Below, piece by piece: positions 52,106-63,331 of a stretch of DNA of 64,000 bases. The stretch covers positions 96,001-160,000 of the forward strand of contig CAVYZN010000032.1 in assembly GCA_963773065.1 (NCBI GenBank), given 5' to 3'. The stretch comes from an uncultured Gammaproteobacteria bacterium (GTDB lineage Bacteria; Pseudomonadota; Gammaproteobacteria; UBA9214). The notes beneath the pieces were generated by a model, which was not told the origin of the DNA, ran no database searches, and saw nothing but the letters and a program-made list of their open reading frames with translations. How positions within the stretch are numbered: position 1 is the stretch's first letter; each line of letters begins with the position of its first letter. The position numbers and the translations under genes were made by a program.

Positions 52106-54812
52106 TCCCGCTCTGCCCGTCGAACGGCGACATTTCAAGATCGCCGCGTTCGATGTGGAACGAGTTGGCGACGTGGTCGCGGATCATGCGCAACCAGTCC
52201 ATTTGTTCCTCGTTGAACTTTTCGCTGCCGCCGGAGTGGTGTTTCATCACCCAGTTCTGGAAGTTGCGGCGCACGGTGTCGTCGAAGGTGGAGAGCTTGG
52301 CATCCATGCCGCACACGCGGCGGATGAGTGCGACTAATGCCGTCAGTTCGCTGATGGGCTGTGCTCCCTTTATAGTCATCCAACTGGCAGTAGGCTTGCC
52401 ACACGCGCAACGGAGCGAGTTTGGGTTTGTCGGCTTTGAGCTTGTCCAGCACTTGGCGGATCAGGTCAAAGCTGAGTTCGCGCCGCCGGTAAGGCTGGCT
52501 AAAGAAAATAGTCAGCGCTTCAATATTGTTCTGATTGGTTTTCAGGTAATCGGCGAATTCATCGGTGAGGGCTTGCGCGTTGTTGGCGGCGTCTTTGTCC
52601 CATTCAGCGCGTAACACCTTGTCGATGTTGTCGTGGTCGATGGTTTGTTCCTTGTCGCGGCGGATGGTGTCGATGAAGTTCGACCAGTTCGCCATTCAGA
52701 AGACCCGCAGCGGCACTCACTAATTGCTGTTGCGCCAATTCGCGCTTTGCGTCTCCGGGATCGGTGCCGATGGGTTGCCCGGCAACTCCAGGGCTTTGGC
52801 TTCGATGTTGTCGGCATCGATGGCGGCGAACAGTTTGCCGACCAGCTGGGTGAGTTCCATGCCTCCGGCAGCCTGCCGGATTTGCCGTTGTTCATCGGTG
52901 CTGAGTTGTTTATTGAGACGCGCCAGCCGTCCGGCCAGTGATGACAGTGTCTTCATCCGTCGCGCCCATCATCAGGCTCATAGCCAAGTCTTTGAGCGGC
53001 ACGGTGGGCTTCGTGATGAGCGGCTGGCTGGCGGTTTTCAGCGACTTGGTGACACCGATGGCATCGACAATCACATAGTGGGTCTTGGCACTGACGGCGG
53101 AGGGCGTGACTTTTTTCAGGTCGTCATGTCCAGCGTGCGTGTGCCCCGGCCTTTCATCTGCTCGAAGTAGTTGCGGCTTTTCACGTCGCGCATGAACAGC
53201 AGGCACTCCAGCGGCTTCACATCCGTGCCGGTGGCGATCATGTCCACGGTGACGGCAATGCGTGGATAGTAGGCGTTGCGAAAATTTGCCAGCACCGATT
53301 TAGGGTCTTCCTCGTCTTGGTAGGTGAGCTTTTTGCAGAAGGCGTTGCCCTCGTCAAATTCTTCGCGCACGGCCTGGATGATGTCGTCGGCGTGGCTGTC
53401 GGTCTTGGCGAAGATCAGAGTTTTCGGAACTTCGGTGCGGCCCGGGAAAATCTCCGGCAGTTTTTCGCGAAAGGTGCGGATGACGGTGCGTATTTGATCG
53501 GGATTGACGATGTTGCGGTCAAGCTGCGTGGCGGAATAGGCTTCGTCTTTGTCCTGCTGTTCCCAGCGTTTTTTGCGGGTGAGCTTTTCGCGCTTTTCCA
53601 CTTGCTGGTGCGCATTGATTTGCGCACCCTGCTTGGTGATTGCGGTTTCGATCACATAGATTTCATTGCCGACATTCACCCATCGGCCACGGCTTTTTCA
53701 TGGCTGTAATCGCTGACCACGTTCTTTTTGAAAAAGCCGTAGGTGCGGTTGTCCGGCGTGGCGGTGAGGCCGATCAGGCTAGGCGTCGAAATAATCGATC
53801 ACCTGTTGCCACAGGTTGTAGATGGAGCGGTGGCATTCATCAATAAAAATGAAATCGAAAAACTCCGGCGGAACTTTTCCGTTATACACCACCGGCATGG
53901 GTTTCCTTGGGCTGCGCCAGTTCCGCCGGGTTGATCTCTTCGGCGGCTTCGTCTAACTCCTTGATCTTTCAAAATAGAGTACAGCCGCTGGATGGTGCTG
54001 ATGCACACCTGACTGTCCTTGGCGACAAACGACGATTTGAGCCGCTGCACGGTGTACAGCTCGGTGAATTTGCGGTTATCGTCGAGCGGCACGTAGGACA
54101 TCATTTCCTGTTCGGCTTGTTCGCCGAGATTTTTGGTGTCGACCAGAAACAGGATGCGTTTGCCGTGCGCATATTTGAGCAAGCGGTAAATGGAAGTGAT
54201 GGCAGTGTAGGTTTTGCCCGCGCCGGTCGCCATCTGGATCAGGGCGCGGGGGCGGTCGGCCTTGAACGAGGCTTCCAGATTGGTGATGGCGATTTCCTGG
54301 CAATCGCGCAGGCGCAATTCCTTGGCCGGGCGCTGGTTCGGGTTGAGCGGCGGGATGTGCTGCAAGCGCTCGCGCAAGCTGACACCCTGCGTCAGCCATT
54401 CCTTGAGCGTTTCCGGGCGGTGGAAGTTGAACACCTCGCGTGAACGCGGCTTGGGTTCGCGCGCATCGGTGAAGCGGGTGATGACGCCGGTGCTTTCGTA
54501 GAGAAAGGGCAAAGGCTCCTTGTTGTTGACCCACTTCAGTTTGGCCGCCGCATAGCTTTCGGTTTGTGTTTCATGGGTGGTGAGTCGCTGCCCTTCTTCC
54601 TCGCGCTTGGCCTCGATCACGCCCACCGCTTTTTTGTCGACGAACAGCACATAGTCCGCCGGGCCGACATCGGTCTGGTATTCGCGCACCGCCTGCCCCA
54701 GCCCGGCATTCAGGTCAATTTTCTTGTTGTGCTGAACTGTCCAACCCGCCTGCTTCAACAGCGCGTCGATAGTGTCGCGGGCTTTTTGCTCGGGGTTCTG
54801 GTTTTCAGTCAT
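52098..54812 (-). pseudogene. hsdR: Type I R-M restriction subunit, multiply frameshifted and apparently 3'-truncated
   Basis: ADYVLF..IEAK, QMATGAGKT, IAVTVDMIATGTDV, QMKGRGTR over several ORFs. Confidence 0.85.
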
Positions 54813-54943
54813 TTCTTCGAACCTGCATGCAGCACCTGACGGCAATTAGCAATAGGAACAGACAGTTATTATACATGTTCGGCCCGGCGTATAAGGTTGC
54901 CAGGGTAGCACTCATTTGCCCCACACCCTACCGGACACCAAGC

Positions 54944-55453
54944 CCGCGCAGGCGCCGCAAATCGCGGGGCTGATGGGCGTGAACGTCGACACGATCATTT
55001 CGCTGACCTTCGTCATCGGCTCGGCGCTGGCCGCGGTGGCGGGCGTGATGGTCAGCGCCTATTATGGCCTGGCGCATTACTACATGGGTTTCCTGCTGGG
55101 ACTGAAGGCGTTCTCCGCCGCGGTGCTGGGCGGCATAGGCAACCTCGCCGGCGCGATGCTCGGTGGTCTGCTGCTCGGCGTGATCGAGAGTCTGGGCGCC
55201 GGTTATATCGGCGATCACACCGGCGGCTTTCTCGGCAGTCACTATCAGGATGTGTTCGCTTTCTTTGTCCTGATACTGGTGCTGGTGCTGCGGCCAGCGG
55301 GTCTGCTCGGGGAACGTATCGCTGAACGCGCCTGACGTCCTTTCCAGCACCCGCCGGCGCAACGCCTGGCTGGGCTACCTGCTGTTGTGCCTGCTGCTGG
55401 CCGCGCTGCCGTTTATCGCCGATGCCGGACTGGGCCGCTCCTGGGTGCGCGTG
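54944..55453 (+). repeat. Direct repeat (510 bp) of 43208-43717 (livH 3' part and livM 5' part)
   Basis: Collinear at offset 11736 with few substitutions (GDLT/GDHT, RPSG/RPAG). Confidence 0.95.
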
Positions 55454-55530
55454 TATGCGCCTCGCAATCGGGAAAATCTGTTCTCGCTCTCCCACCATGC
55501 TCGCTACGATCACCTAAGTCCGACAGGCTG

Positions 55531-58500
55531 CTAGTCGCCGCGGCTCACCCAGTCAGGATGCAACGGCAGCAACAGGGGCCCAATCTGTTTGAGCAGTTCC
55601 ACGGGCAGAGAACTCGTGAACTTGAATGCGGCCGCCTGCTCGCCCGGTACATAGGCAGAAACCGCGCCGTAGAAACGATCGCCGATGAAAAATACGAAGG
55701 TTGCCGTACGATTGACCACGCGCTCACGCACCAGCCGTCCCGCTTCATCGAACATTTCCATGCGGTGATCGCCGGTGCCGGTCTTGCCGCCGACCGGAAT
55801 GGTGACCCCCTCCGCGGGATGCAGGCCACCCGCCAGGCGGACCGCGGTACCATGTTCGACCACATCCAGCAGCGCCCCCCGCACGACCTCGGCGATCTCC
55901 ACCGGCAGCACCCGTTCGGGTTTCGAACCCCGGTATCGCAACACCGTGTCATAGGGCGTGTCCGCGGCGAAACGCAGTTCGTCCATCCGGATCGCCGGCG
56001 CGCGGATTCCCCCGCGCAGGATGATCCCCATCAGCTCCGCCAGTGCGGCGGGGCGATCGGCCGAACTCCCGATCGCCGTGGCGTAGGAGGGCGTCAGGTA
56101 AGTGAACGGATAACCCAGGCGAACCCAGGCGGCGTGGATGCTGTTGAAGGCCTCGATCTCGAGCAGGGTGCGAATGCGTATATCCTGGCGGCTTTTGCTC
56201 TTGGTCTTGAACAACCAGGCATAGACGTCGATCCGCTCCTGCGCGCTCGCCGTCGCACAAGCCTCAAAGTTCGCCTCGGGGTACTGCTGCAGGTATGTCA
56301 CCAGCCACAACTCGAGGGGATGTACCTTGGCGAGATAGCCGCGGTCCATCAAGGTGTAGCTATCCGGGCCGTAGTTCCGGAATAGCCGCTCGACGACTGT
56401 CTCGCCCAGACTGGCGCCGGGAAGAGCCCCCTTGAGGAATTCGGCGAACTTGATCTCATCGGCTTCCGGATGGATGCTGCGATAGGCGATGCTGAGCGGC
56501 ACCGGCGCCGCGCGCACGCTGTCCACCAGCAGGTTGAAGCGCTCCGCCGGCGTCTTGCCGGCGTACTTGTGGTAGAACCTCCGCAGGAAAGTCTTGCCTT
56601 CGCGATCGGCGAAGCGCGTCAGGTATTCAACGCGCCGCGGCTCGGCGGCATCCTCCAGCAGGCGACGGCCGCTCTCGGAACGGTTCAAATGGTACCTGAC
56701 GATGTCGCGCATCAGGCGCACGAACGGCAGGTTGATCGAATCGCGGAAGGCCTGCCGGACGGTGACTATCTTGCCGTTGTCCTCCTTTTTGAAGTTGACG
56801 AAGTGGTGCGCGCCGCCGCCGGTGATGAATGTTTCCGCGGGGCTCGCCGAATATTTACGGTCCATTGCGGCATCGAGCAGGCCGCGCAGATCATGCGCCG
56901 GTTTATGGATCAGGTAGTCGAGTACCCAGGCGCGCAACTTGTCCTCCGGCGAGGGTTTGATAGCACGCAGGTCATCGGCGGACAACGGCGCATACTCGTT
57001 GTAGAGACTGGTCATGATCTCAAGGTAATGCACCAGCGTGCGCAGCTTGGCGGTCGAGCCGAGATCCAGCCTGACACCCTCGTTGATGTCGAAGGGCTCG
57101 GGAAAGTTGTCCGCCTGCACGCGCAGCACGTTAACATTGCCCGTCGCCTCATAAAGCGAGAAGCTGTAGATCACCCGCTCCAGGCCTTCCTTGGACTCCA
57201 GCAATCGATGTCCCATCAGATTCGCTTCCTTCACCTGCGCGGGGTCCTTGAGTTCCAGCAGTCGTGCGGCCACCGCCCGCTGAACCGGGTAGTCGAGTGT
57301 GCTGGCGATGCTGAGATCAAGGCGGTCGAGGTCGTAGAAACGCGTGAGACCCAGCATCGACAACAGGCGGGAACGGATCATGTAGGCGGTTTTGGCGGAA
57401 CGCATCTCGTGCGTATAGACGAGCGGCTCGCTGCTGGGGACGGCGAGCCGTTGCGCCAGCACGGCATCGCGGAACAACGGATCGATGATGCCCTCCTGTG
57501 CGAGCAGTCTGACATATTCGTCAACCCGCGCCGCAAGCGTGGGAAAGCCAGTGCGGCCGAGGAAATAGGTCGGTCGCTGCTGCGCGAGCAGCAGGCTCAA
57601 CACCCGGCGGTAGGCGAGCGCACTCTGCTCCAGCAGTTCCACCGGCGGTTTCCCGTGAAAACCGAGCAAGCGGTTTACCTCGCCCGGATCGGCGTCGAAC
57701 CAGACACGCAGACCATCCTGCAGTCCGTGTATTTCGCCATAACCGGACCGTGCGGCGAGCGGCACGCCATTGAGGTAGGCGCGGACGATCTCCCGGCGCG
57801 CTTCCAGGTTGTGCGGGCCACCGAGGTAGGCGCGCAGCGAAGCGCTGAGGACCTGGCGGAGCTTTTCGGCGATCGTTGGGGTTACACCCCGGTCGGAGTG
57901 GCGGAACTTCTCCAGTTGCGTCGCCAGGGTACTTCCCCCGGCGGCGTTGAGGTGTGGATCGAAAACCTGTTCGACCTGATCCGTCAGCGCCTGCCCCAGT
58001 CTTTCCCAGGCGATCGCCGGGTTGCGCCGCGGCAAGTCTGAGTTCACCACGCCGCGATCTTCAATGAAGGCGAGCGTGTCGACGATCAGCGGCGGGATCG
58101 CTCCGAAGCGCTCGTAGATGGCGCGCGGATAGCTGCTGGAGAAGATGGGTGTACCCCGCCGATCCAGGATCTCCAGACCGGCTTGCTGCTTCTCGGGATA
58201 GAGGGGGAAGATCCCCAGGTCGAACGCATGCTCCATCTGCGGTGAAACCCGCGCCTGTGCCTCGATGGCATACCCCTTTTTCTGGAGAGCGGCCGTCCAC
58301 TGGGGAAGATGCGTGTAGCCAAGACGCTGATCGTATGGGCCCGCGGCCGGAAACAGCATGCGCGGATTCGGTCCCGATGCCTGCCTGAATCCCATGTGAT
58401 CCGCAAGGTGCGCCAGTACCAAGGACTGCACATACGAGGTTCTGGCCTCGGCAGCGACGAGAACCGCCGCAACCAGCGCCACGATCAGCCAGAAATACCG

Positions 58501-58629
58501 GCGCGAATCCCGCGGTGGCGGCGCGGCCTGCGCTGGTTCGGGGTTCGAGCCGGCTATGCCCTGCGTGTCGCTGTCAGTGACTTGATTCGGCAGGAATTCG
58601 TAGACGTTGTCCTGGGTGGATGATCGCAT
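55531..58629 (-). CDS. Large transglycosylase/transpeptidase (penicillin-binding) protein; start uncertain
   Basis: FIEDR, GGSTLATQLEK, GSTAK (SxxK), SIN, KTGT. Confidence 0.85.
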   Translation of the reverse strand: MRSSTQDNVYEFLPNQVTDSDTQGIAGSNPEPAQAAPPPRDSRRYFWLIVALVAAVLVAAEARTSYVQSLVLAHLADHMGFRQASGPNPRMLFPAAGPYDQRLGYTHLPQWTAALQKKGYAIEAQARVSPQMEHAFDLGIFPLYPEKQQAGLEILDRRGTPIFSSSYPRAIYERFGAIPPLIVDTLAFIEDRGVVNSDLPRRNPAIAWERLGQALTDQVEQVFDPHLNAAGGSTLATQLEKFRHSDRGVTPTIAEKLRQVLSASLRAYLGGPHNLEARREIVRAYLNGVPLAARSGYGEIHGLQDGLRVWFDADPGEVNRLLGFHGKPPVELLEQSALAYRRVLSLLLAQQRPTYFLGRTGFPTLAARVDEYVRLLAQEGIIDPLFRDAVLAQRLAVPSSEPLVYTHEMRSAKTAYMIRSRLLSMLGLTRFYDLDRLDLSIASTLDYPVQRAVAARLLELKDPAQVKEANLMGHRLLESKEGLERVIYSFSLYEATGNVNVLRVQADNFPEPFDINEGVRLDLGSTAKLRTLVHYLEIMTSLYNEYAPLSADDLRAIKPSPEDKLRAWVLDYLIHKPAHDLRGLLDAAMDRKYSASPAETFITGGGAHHFVNFKKEDNGKIVTVRQAFRDSINLPFVRLMRDIVRYHLNRSESGRRLLEDAAEPRRVEYLTRFADREGKTFLRRFYHKYAGKTPAERFNLLVDSVRAAPVPLSIAYRSIHPEADEIKFAEFLKGALPGASLGETVVERLFRNYGPDSYTLMDRGYLAKVHPLELWLVTYLQQYPEANFEACATASAQERIDVYAWLFKTKSKSRQDIRIRTLLEIEAFNSIHAAWVRLGYPFTYLTPSYATAIGSSADRPAALAELMGIILRGGIRAPAIRMDELRFAADTPYDTVLRYRGSKPERVLPVEIAEVVRGALLDVVEHGTAVRLAGGLHPAEGVTIPVGGKTGTGDHRMEMFDEAGRLVRERVVNRTATFVFFIGDRFYGAVSAYVPGEQAAAFKFTSSLPVELLKQIGPLLLPLHPDWVSRGD

Positions 58630-60183
58630 CCTGTACTAATCCATTGGCAGCCAGTAATGAGGGCAAGGATATCTTATAGCGCCTTGCGATAACGAATGGA
58701 TTCTCGCCGTTTCGCACCATATGGTGCCCGGACTTCGACGCTGCGGACGCCACCTCGCGGTTTTTACCAGCGTCCGGGGCCGGCAGTTTTAAGCGCTGAC
58801 CCACATGGATGAGATCCTTGTCCGAGTGCATTGCGTTCAGGCGTCGCAGTGCAATCAGTCCGACGCCCTGTCGGCTGGCGATCGCCCCCAGGGTATCGCC
58901 GGCGCGCACGCGATAAAACTCTGTCCGGGCGCCGGCTTCCCTTTGCACACCCGGGGCGGGCTCCTGAGTGTCGTTGCGAGGGCGACTCGCAATTGTTCGT
59001 CGATCTCACTGATACTGGTCTGTATATCCTGCGGTAGCCAGATCTCGGTGTCGGCGGGCAAGGCCACCTTGCCCCGCAGGGCCTTGTGTGTCCAGGCGGG
59101 ATTCGCGGCCGCGAGCCGGTCAACATCCGTACGCAATAGCTGCGCGAGCCGGGGCGCGGTCGCGGACCTTGGCAGAACCAGCGATTTCAGGTGCACCGGC
59201 GCATCGATTCTCACCGGTGCGTCGAGGTACTTCCCGGGATGACCGAGAATTTCCCGGACCGCGAGAAACTCCGTATAGAAATTGCGGGAGGCGAATCCGA
59301 ACGTATCCGAGTGGTACTCCCTTACGATGCGCTCGAGATCCGGGCCGAACTGCCGCGAGGCGCGCAACACCCCTGTGGTGCCATGGTTATAGGCGGTAAT
59401 GGCCAGTGCCCAGTCACCAAGCGTTTCATGGGCCGCGCGCAGGTACGCCGCGGCGGCGCGCGTAGCGGCGATGGGGTCCAGGCGCTCGTCGAGGGCTTCG
59501 CCGACATGCAGGTAACGGCGGCCCGTCGGGCGAGTGAACTGCCATATACCCGCGGCCCCGGCCGTTGAGTGCGCCGCGAGGTTGAATGAGGATTCGACGT
59601 GAGGCAGGTAGGCAAGATCCGGCGGGAGACCCGCCTCACCGAGTATCGTCCGCATCTGCGCTTCATACCGGCCGCTGCGGCGCACGCCATCGAGAAAGCG
59701 CTCCCGCAGTCCCCGCTGGGAGCGCACGCGCTGCGCGGCATCGCGCACGGCGTCCTGGCCGCCGGCGGCTTCGAGCCGGCGCTGCAGTTCCTGCTCATCC
59801 TCGCTCAGGGGTTCACCCCGCCCGAGTTTGCCTTCAAGCAGCGCCAAGCGGCTGGTCAGTTGATCCTTGCGCGTGTTCAGGTAGCGGAGCTGGGCGGGGG
59901 TCGGCGCCTCATCGACTGCACCGGGCAGTGTGAACACTTCGTAGCGCAACTGGGGGTAATCCGTATCATGCAACATTACCTCGTTCTGCCGCAGTTGCGT
60001 GAAGACATGGATCCAGAACTCGACCTGCGGGCGTAGTCCCGGCACGGGAGGGTAGGAGTTGGTCGTTTCCGAACGGCCTGGGTCGGGAACCTCCGTGTCC
60101 GCCAAGATGCCGGAACACACGGATGCCAGGATTAGCGCGAACACCCTCGGCAAGAGCACCACCGCACGCCCATCCATCGTCAT
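58574..60183 (-). CDS. Lytic murein transglycosylase with C-terminal LysM domains (apparent frameshift near 58950)
   Basis: PHVESSF, AAGIWQF, ITAYNHG; LysM motifs YRVRAGDTLGAIA and HMVRNGEN. Confidence 0.88.
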
Positions 60184-61044
60184 TTCCTTTGTCCTTGTTG
60201 GATTTCTTTGTGTACCGGTAACCGGCGATTCCGCTCCTCGGTCAGGTTTTGTCCATCCCACTGGCCCGCTCGCGGCAACCAGCAGAGCGGTTGTAATTCT
60301 ATCAAGCTTTGCCGGTATCTTGAACTCTCATGCGCATCGTTGCCAACACGGCCGGTAGTGCCACCGCAACGCACTCATCTGGACCGTGCGACTGCCGGCA
60401 TCCTGTTGATGGACATTGAGCTGTGAGAGGGTTGTGTACATAAATTCATCCTGGATATCGGCCGGGATTGTCTCGACACAAGGGTGCTGGTGTATCGGCG
60501 CAGTCACGTTAGGCAAACGGGCTGGAGGCGATCCGCTGCGGTGCGCACGGTTATCATCGAGGCTGCCGCGCCGGAGCAGCCAGGAATTCTCGCCGCGCGA
60601 TATCGCGGCGCTGCATCCACCGGTAATTCTGATTGCCAGAGTAGCCACTCCAGTCGGTCATGCGGGCTAACGCGCGAATGCAAAAGGAGAATACCCGCAC
60701 CGACCACAACACCCACCTGGCTTCCAAAAAAACCGGCTATTCATCGTTAATGCCTAAATGGCCTGTTTTACTTGGCGCTCTTGGCGGTTTAGTGGAAAAT
60801 CCGTTCTATACGATACGATTGTATATGAATTATTTTTAATAGAATCAATATATCAAGAGCCTGCCCAGACAATCACACGGTAGATTCCTGCAAAAATCAA
60901 ATTGCATGTCACATTTTTGGCGTTATTATTGAATTACTTGGTATACCCGTGGTACGGGTTACGGCATAACCGCTAGTGAATCGTACCCGGCAATAACAAC
61001 AGGACGATAATAACCGGCAGCATTGCCCCGCCAAGGTCGATACG

Positions 61045-62367
61045 GTGCGTACCCTCAAGCATTTCTGGCAAAGCCTGACACAGCGGATCACGCAGCATGC
61101 ATCGCGGCGGGCCGGGGAACTCGAACGCGAGTTGTCCGCCGCCCGGCTGGAACAGCAAACCCTGCTCGGGGAGTTTACCGGTCTTCAGGCTCATGTCGAA
61201 CACGAGTTGTCCGCCGCTCGGCAGGAAAAGCTAAACCTCCTTGGGCAGTTGACCGGACTGCAGGCCGATATCGAACGCGAGCTGTCAGCCGCCAACGTGG
61301 AGAAGCATGCCCTGCTCGGGCAGTTGACCGGACTGCAGGCCGATATCGAACGACTCAGGAGCCGGGATGAGCAACTATTCGCCGAATTGGGGCAGCAGCT
61401 TCACGAGATCCAGACCGAACGCAACGCCGAGCACCAGCGGGTCGAGGCGCTGCGCACCGCGCTGGCCGATGCCGCTTCCCGGGAGGAACAGACCGAAACC
61501 CGTGTCAATAAGCTGGAGATCAGACTGCGGGAGCAGCACCGGGAGCACCAGGCCGCCCTGCAGGAGTCGCAGGACCAGGAGCGCAGACAGGCCCGACGCC
61601 TGAACGTGGCGATGACGGTGGCCGGCGCCGCCTTCGCGCTCGGTATTGTGGGCAGCGCCACCAATTTCTGGGAGGTTAGGAGCACGGCCCGCCTGCTGGC
61701 CGAGGTGAGTCAGGGCATCAAGAACATCCAAACTGCCATGGGTGGATATCCGGCAGGTCACATGCAGACGCCTTCCAGGGAAGCACCGGCGTCACCGATC
61801 GCAGAACCCGCGCGGGCAAAAACACCTGAATCCGTACCGTCAACCGTCTCCGGATCGTCGCGGGAGGCGGCCGATGCAAACGAGTGGGTGCCTGCGCAGA
61901 TACTGCCGGAGCCTGACTTCATCGCCTCCAGGTCCCTGCCACTTAGCGAACACACGTTTAACAACCGACAGGACGTGCACACCTTCTTCGAGGAGAATGC
62001 CCGACAGCCAGGGGTCGTCACCCTGCCTAGTGGTCTGCAGTACCGGGTACTGATACCCGGCACCGGCAAGCCGCCCAGGAGCAGCGACGAGGTCGTGGTT
62101 GAATACCGTGCCTTCCGTCCCGACGGGACGGAATTGGATAACTCCTTCAAGGAAGACTTGCCGACCACCTTTACCGTCAATGAGGCAATTCCCGCCCTGA
62201 AGGAGGCGCTGCAGCACATGGAAGAAGGCGCCCAGTGGGAGTTGTACATACCTCCCGCGCTCGCGTACAAAGGTGTAAGAAAGCGGGGGCCGCGTGGCTT
62301 TGAACCGCTTATTATGACCGTGGAACTGATTTCGGTCGTTTCACCGGAAACCTCGAACAAACGCTAG
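61045..62367 (+). CDS. Coiled-coil, single-TM, FKBP-type PPIase domain protein
   Basis: LPSGLQYRVL, WELYIPPALAY; N-terminal coiled coil with 25-aa repeats; hydrophobic helix VAMTVAGAAFALGIVGSA. Confidence 0.8.
   Translation: MRTLKHFWQSLTQRITQHASRRAGELERELSAARLEQQTLLGEFTGLQAHVEHELSAARQEKLNLLGQLTGLQADIERELSAANVEKHALLGQLTGLQADIERLRSRDEQLFAELGQQLHEIQTERNAEHQRVEALRTALADAASREEQTETRVNKLEIRLREQHREHQAALQESQDQERRQARRLNVAMTVAGAAFALGIVGSATNFWEVRSTARLLAEVSQGIKNIQTAMGGYPAGHMQTPSREAPASPIAEPARAKTPESVPSTVSGSSREAADANEWVPAQILPEPDFIASRSLPLSEHTFNNRQDVHTFFEENARQPGVVTLPSGLQYRVLIPGTGKPPRSSDEVVVEYRAFRPDGTELDNSFKEDLPTTFTVNEAIPALKEALQHMEEGAQWELYIPPALAYKGVRKRGPRGFEPLIMTVELISVVSPETSNKR
61123..61353 (+). repeat. Three tandem 75-bp coding repeats
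   Basis: Units start at 61123, 61198 and 61273 (ERELSAA...LLGQLTGLQADI). Confidence 0.9.
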
Positions 62368-62681
62368 CCTGCGTTGCACACCGGAATAGGCAATTCCCGA
62401 AAACATACCGTCTTTTACCAGGTTAATACGATTACCGTTATCTCAATGCCGTATGTCGTTCTACCGCTGGTCGGTGAGCAACGCGAGCTGCCAGGAAGGG
62501 CAGATTCTTCGATGATTCCACCGGCGCTAATCAGGGCAACCTCGGTTGCGCGGATTTCCGCTGCAGCAACGGCAGGCCGTAACCCCAAGCAGGGTTGCAC
62601 GAGACCCTGATGTCATGTCCGATGGAAACCGGGCACCCGGCATAATGGGTCGGCGCCCCCGCGAGGTTCTTTTCTACTGTG

Positions 62682-63065
62682 TCAGGCTGCAGGGATAGGC
62701 TTCCGCAGGGCCTCGAGCACCAATGATGCGGCAGGTGCGTTCATCTCGTCGCGGTGTTTGGCGGCATAATTCATGTAAGCATCCACCAGGCCGCGCGACG
62801 TCACCCATGTCGATGGACAGACCGTCGGTTTCTCCCCGCGCGTGTGCTCCAGCAGGCGCACGCCCTCTTCGACCCCGCTGATAAAAGCCGCGCAATATCT
62901 GCGGCGTTCGCGTTCTTCGGCGGTCAATGCGCTGGAGTCGCAGGCCGACATGAGCGTACCCGCTCTCACCCGCTGCGGGTATTCGGTTTCCGCATCCTGA
63001 GCCGTACCCTGCGCGCTCGAGGCAACCGGTATCAACAAGGCAAACAGCACGATCAGGTAGTTCAT
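62682..63065 (-). CDS. Rap1a/Tai-like secreted protein
   Basis: Signal peptide, LMSAC, YCAAFISGV, VCP, ASLVLEALRKPIP. Confidence 0.7.
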   Translation of the reverse strand: MNYLIVLFALLIPVASSAQGTAQDAETEYPQRVRAGTLMSACDSSALTAEERERRRYCAAFISGVEEGVRLLEHTRGEKPTVCPSTWVTSRGLVDAYMNYAAKHRDEMNAPAASLVLEALRKPIPAA

Positions 63066-63171
63066 AGTATGATCCTTTCGTTCTCGTTATCATCAGGCGC
63101 CGCTACCGCCCGGAATAGGTCATCGATTGGCAGGGCAGGCATGCCGACGCCGTCCGGCCGTACACTTTCTA

Positions 63172-63250
63172 GTCTAGTGTCCATCCAGCAAGAAATAAAT
63201 GCACCGCAAAGGCGCGAAGAAAGCAAGCTGTTTAATCGTTTTGTTAAAAA
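63172..63250. repeat. Left half of the composite element seen at 17025
   Basis: tagtgtccatccagcaagaaataaatgcaccgcaaaggcgcgaagaaagcaag...ttttgttaa aligns with taatgtccgttcataaagaaacaaactcaccgcaaagtcgcaaagaacgcaaag...ttttgttaa. Confidence 0.65.
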
Positions 63251-63331
63251 ATCCCCAAACACCGGGATCCGGGAACAAACCGCTATGGGAGAGGCGTGCG
63301 AGGCACCATCGACGGCGTCTCATAAACTCGA

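Noticed and set aside
60300-61000. Short ORFs or a structured RNA in the region between the transglycosylase and FKBP genes
   Set aside because: No recognisable motif, RBS-supported ORF or convincing fold; the AT-rich part is probably promoter DNA.
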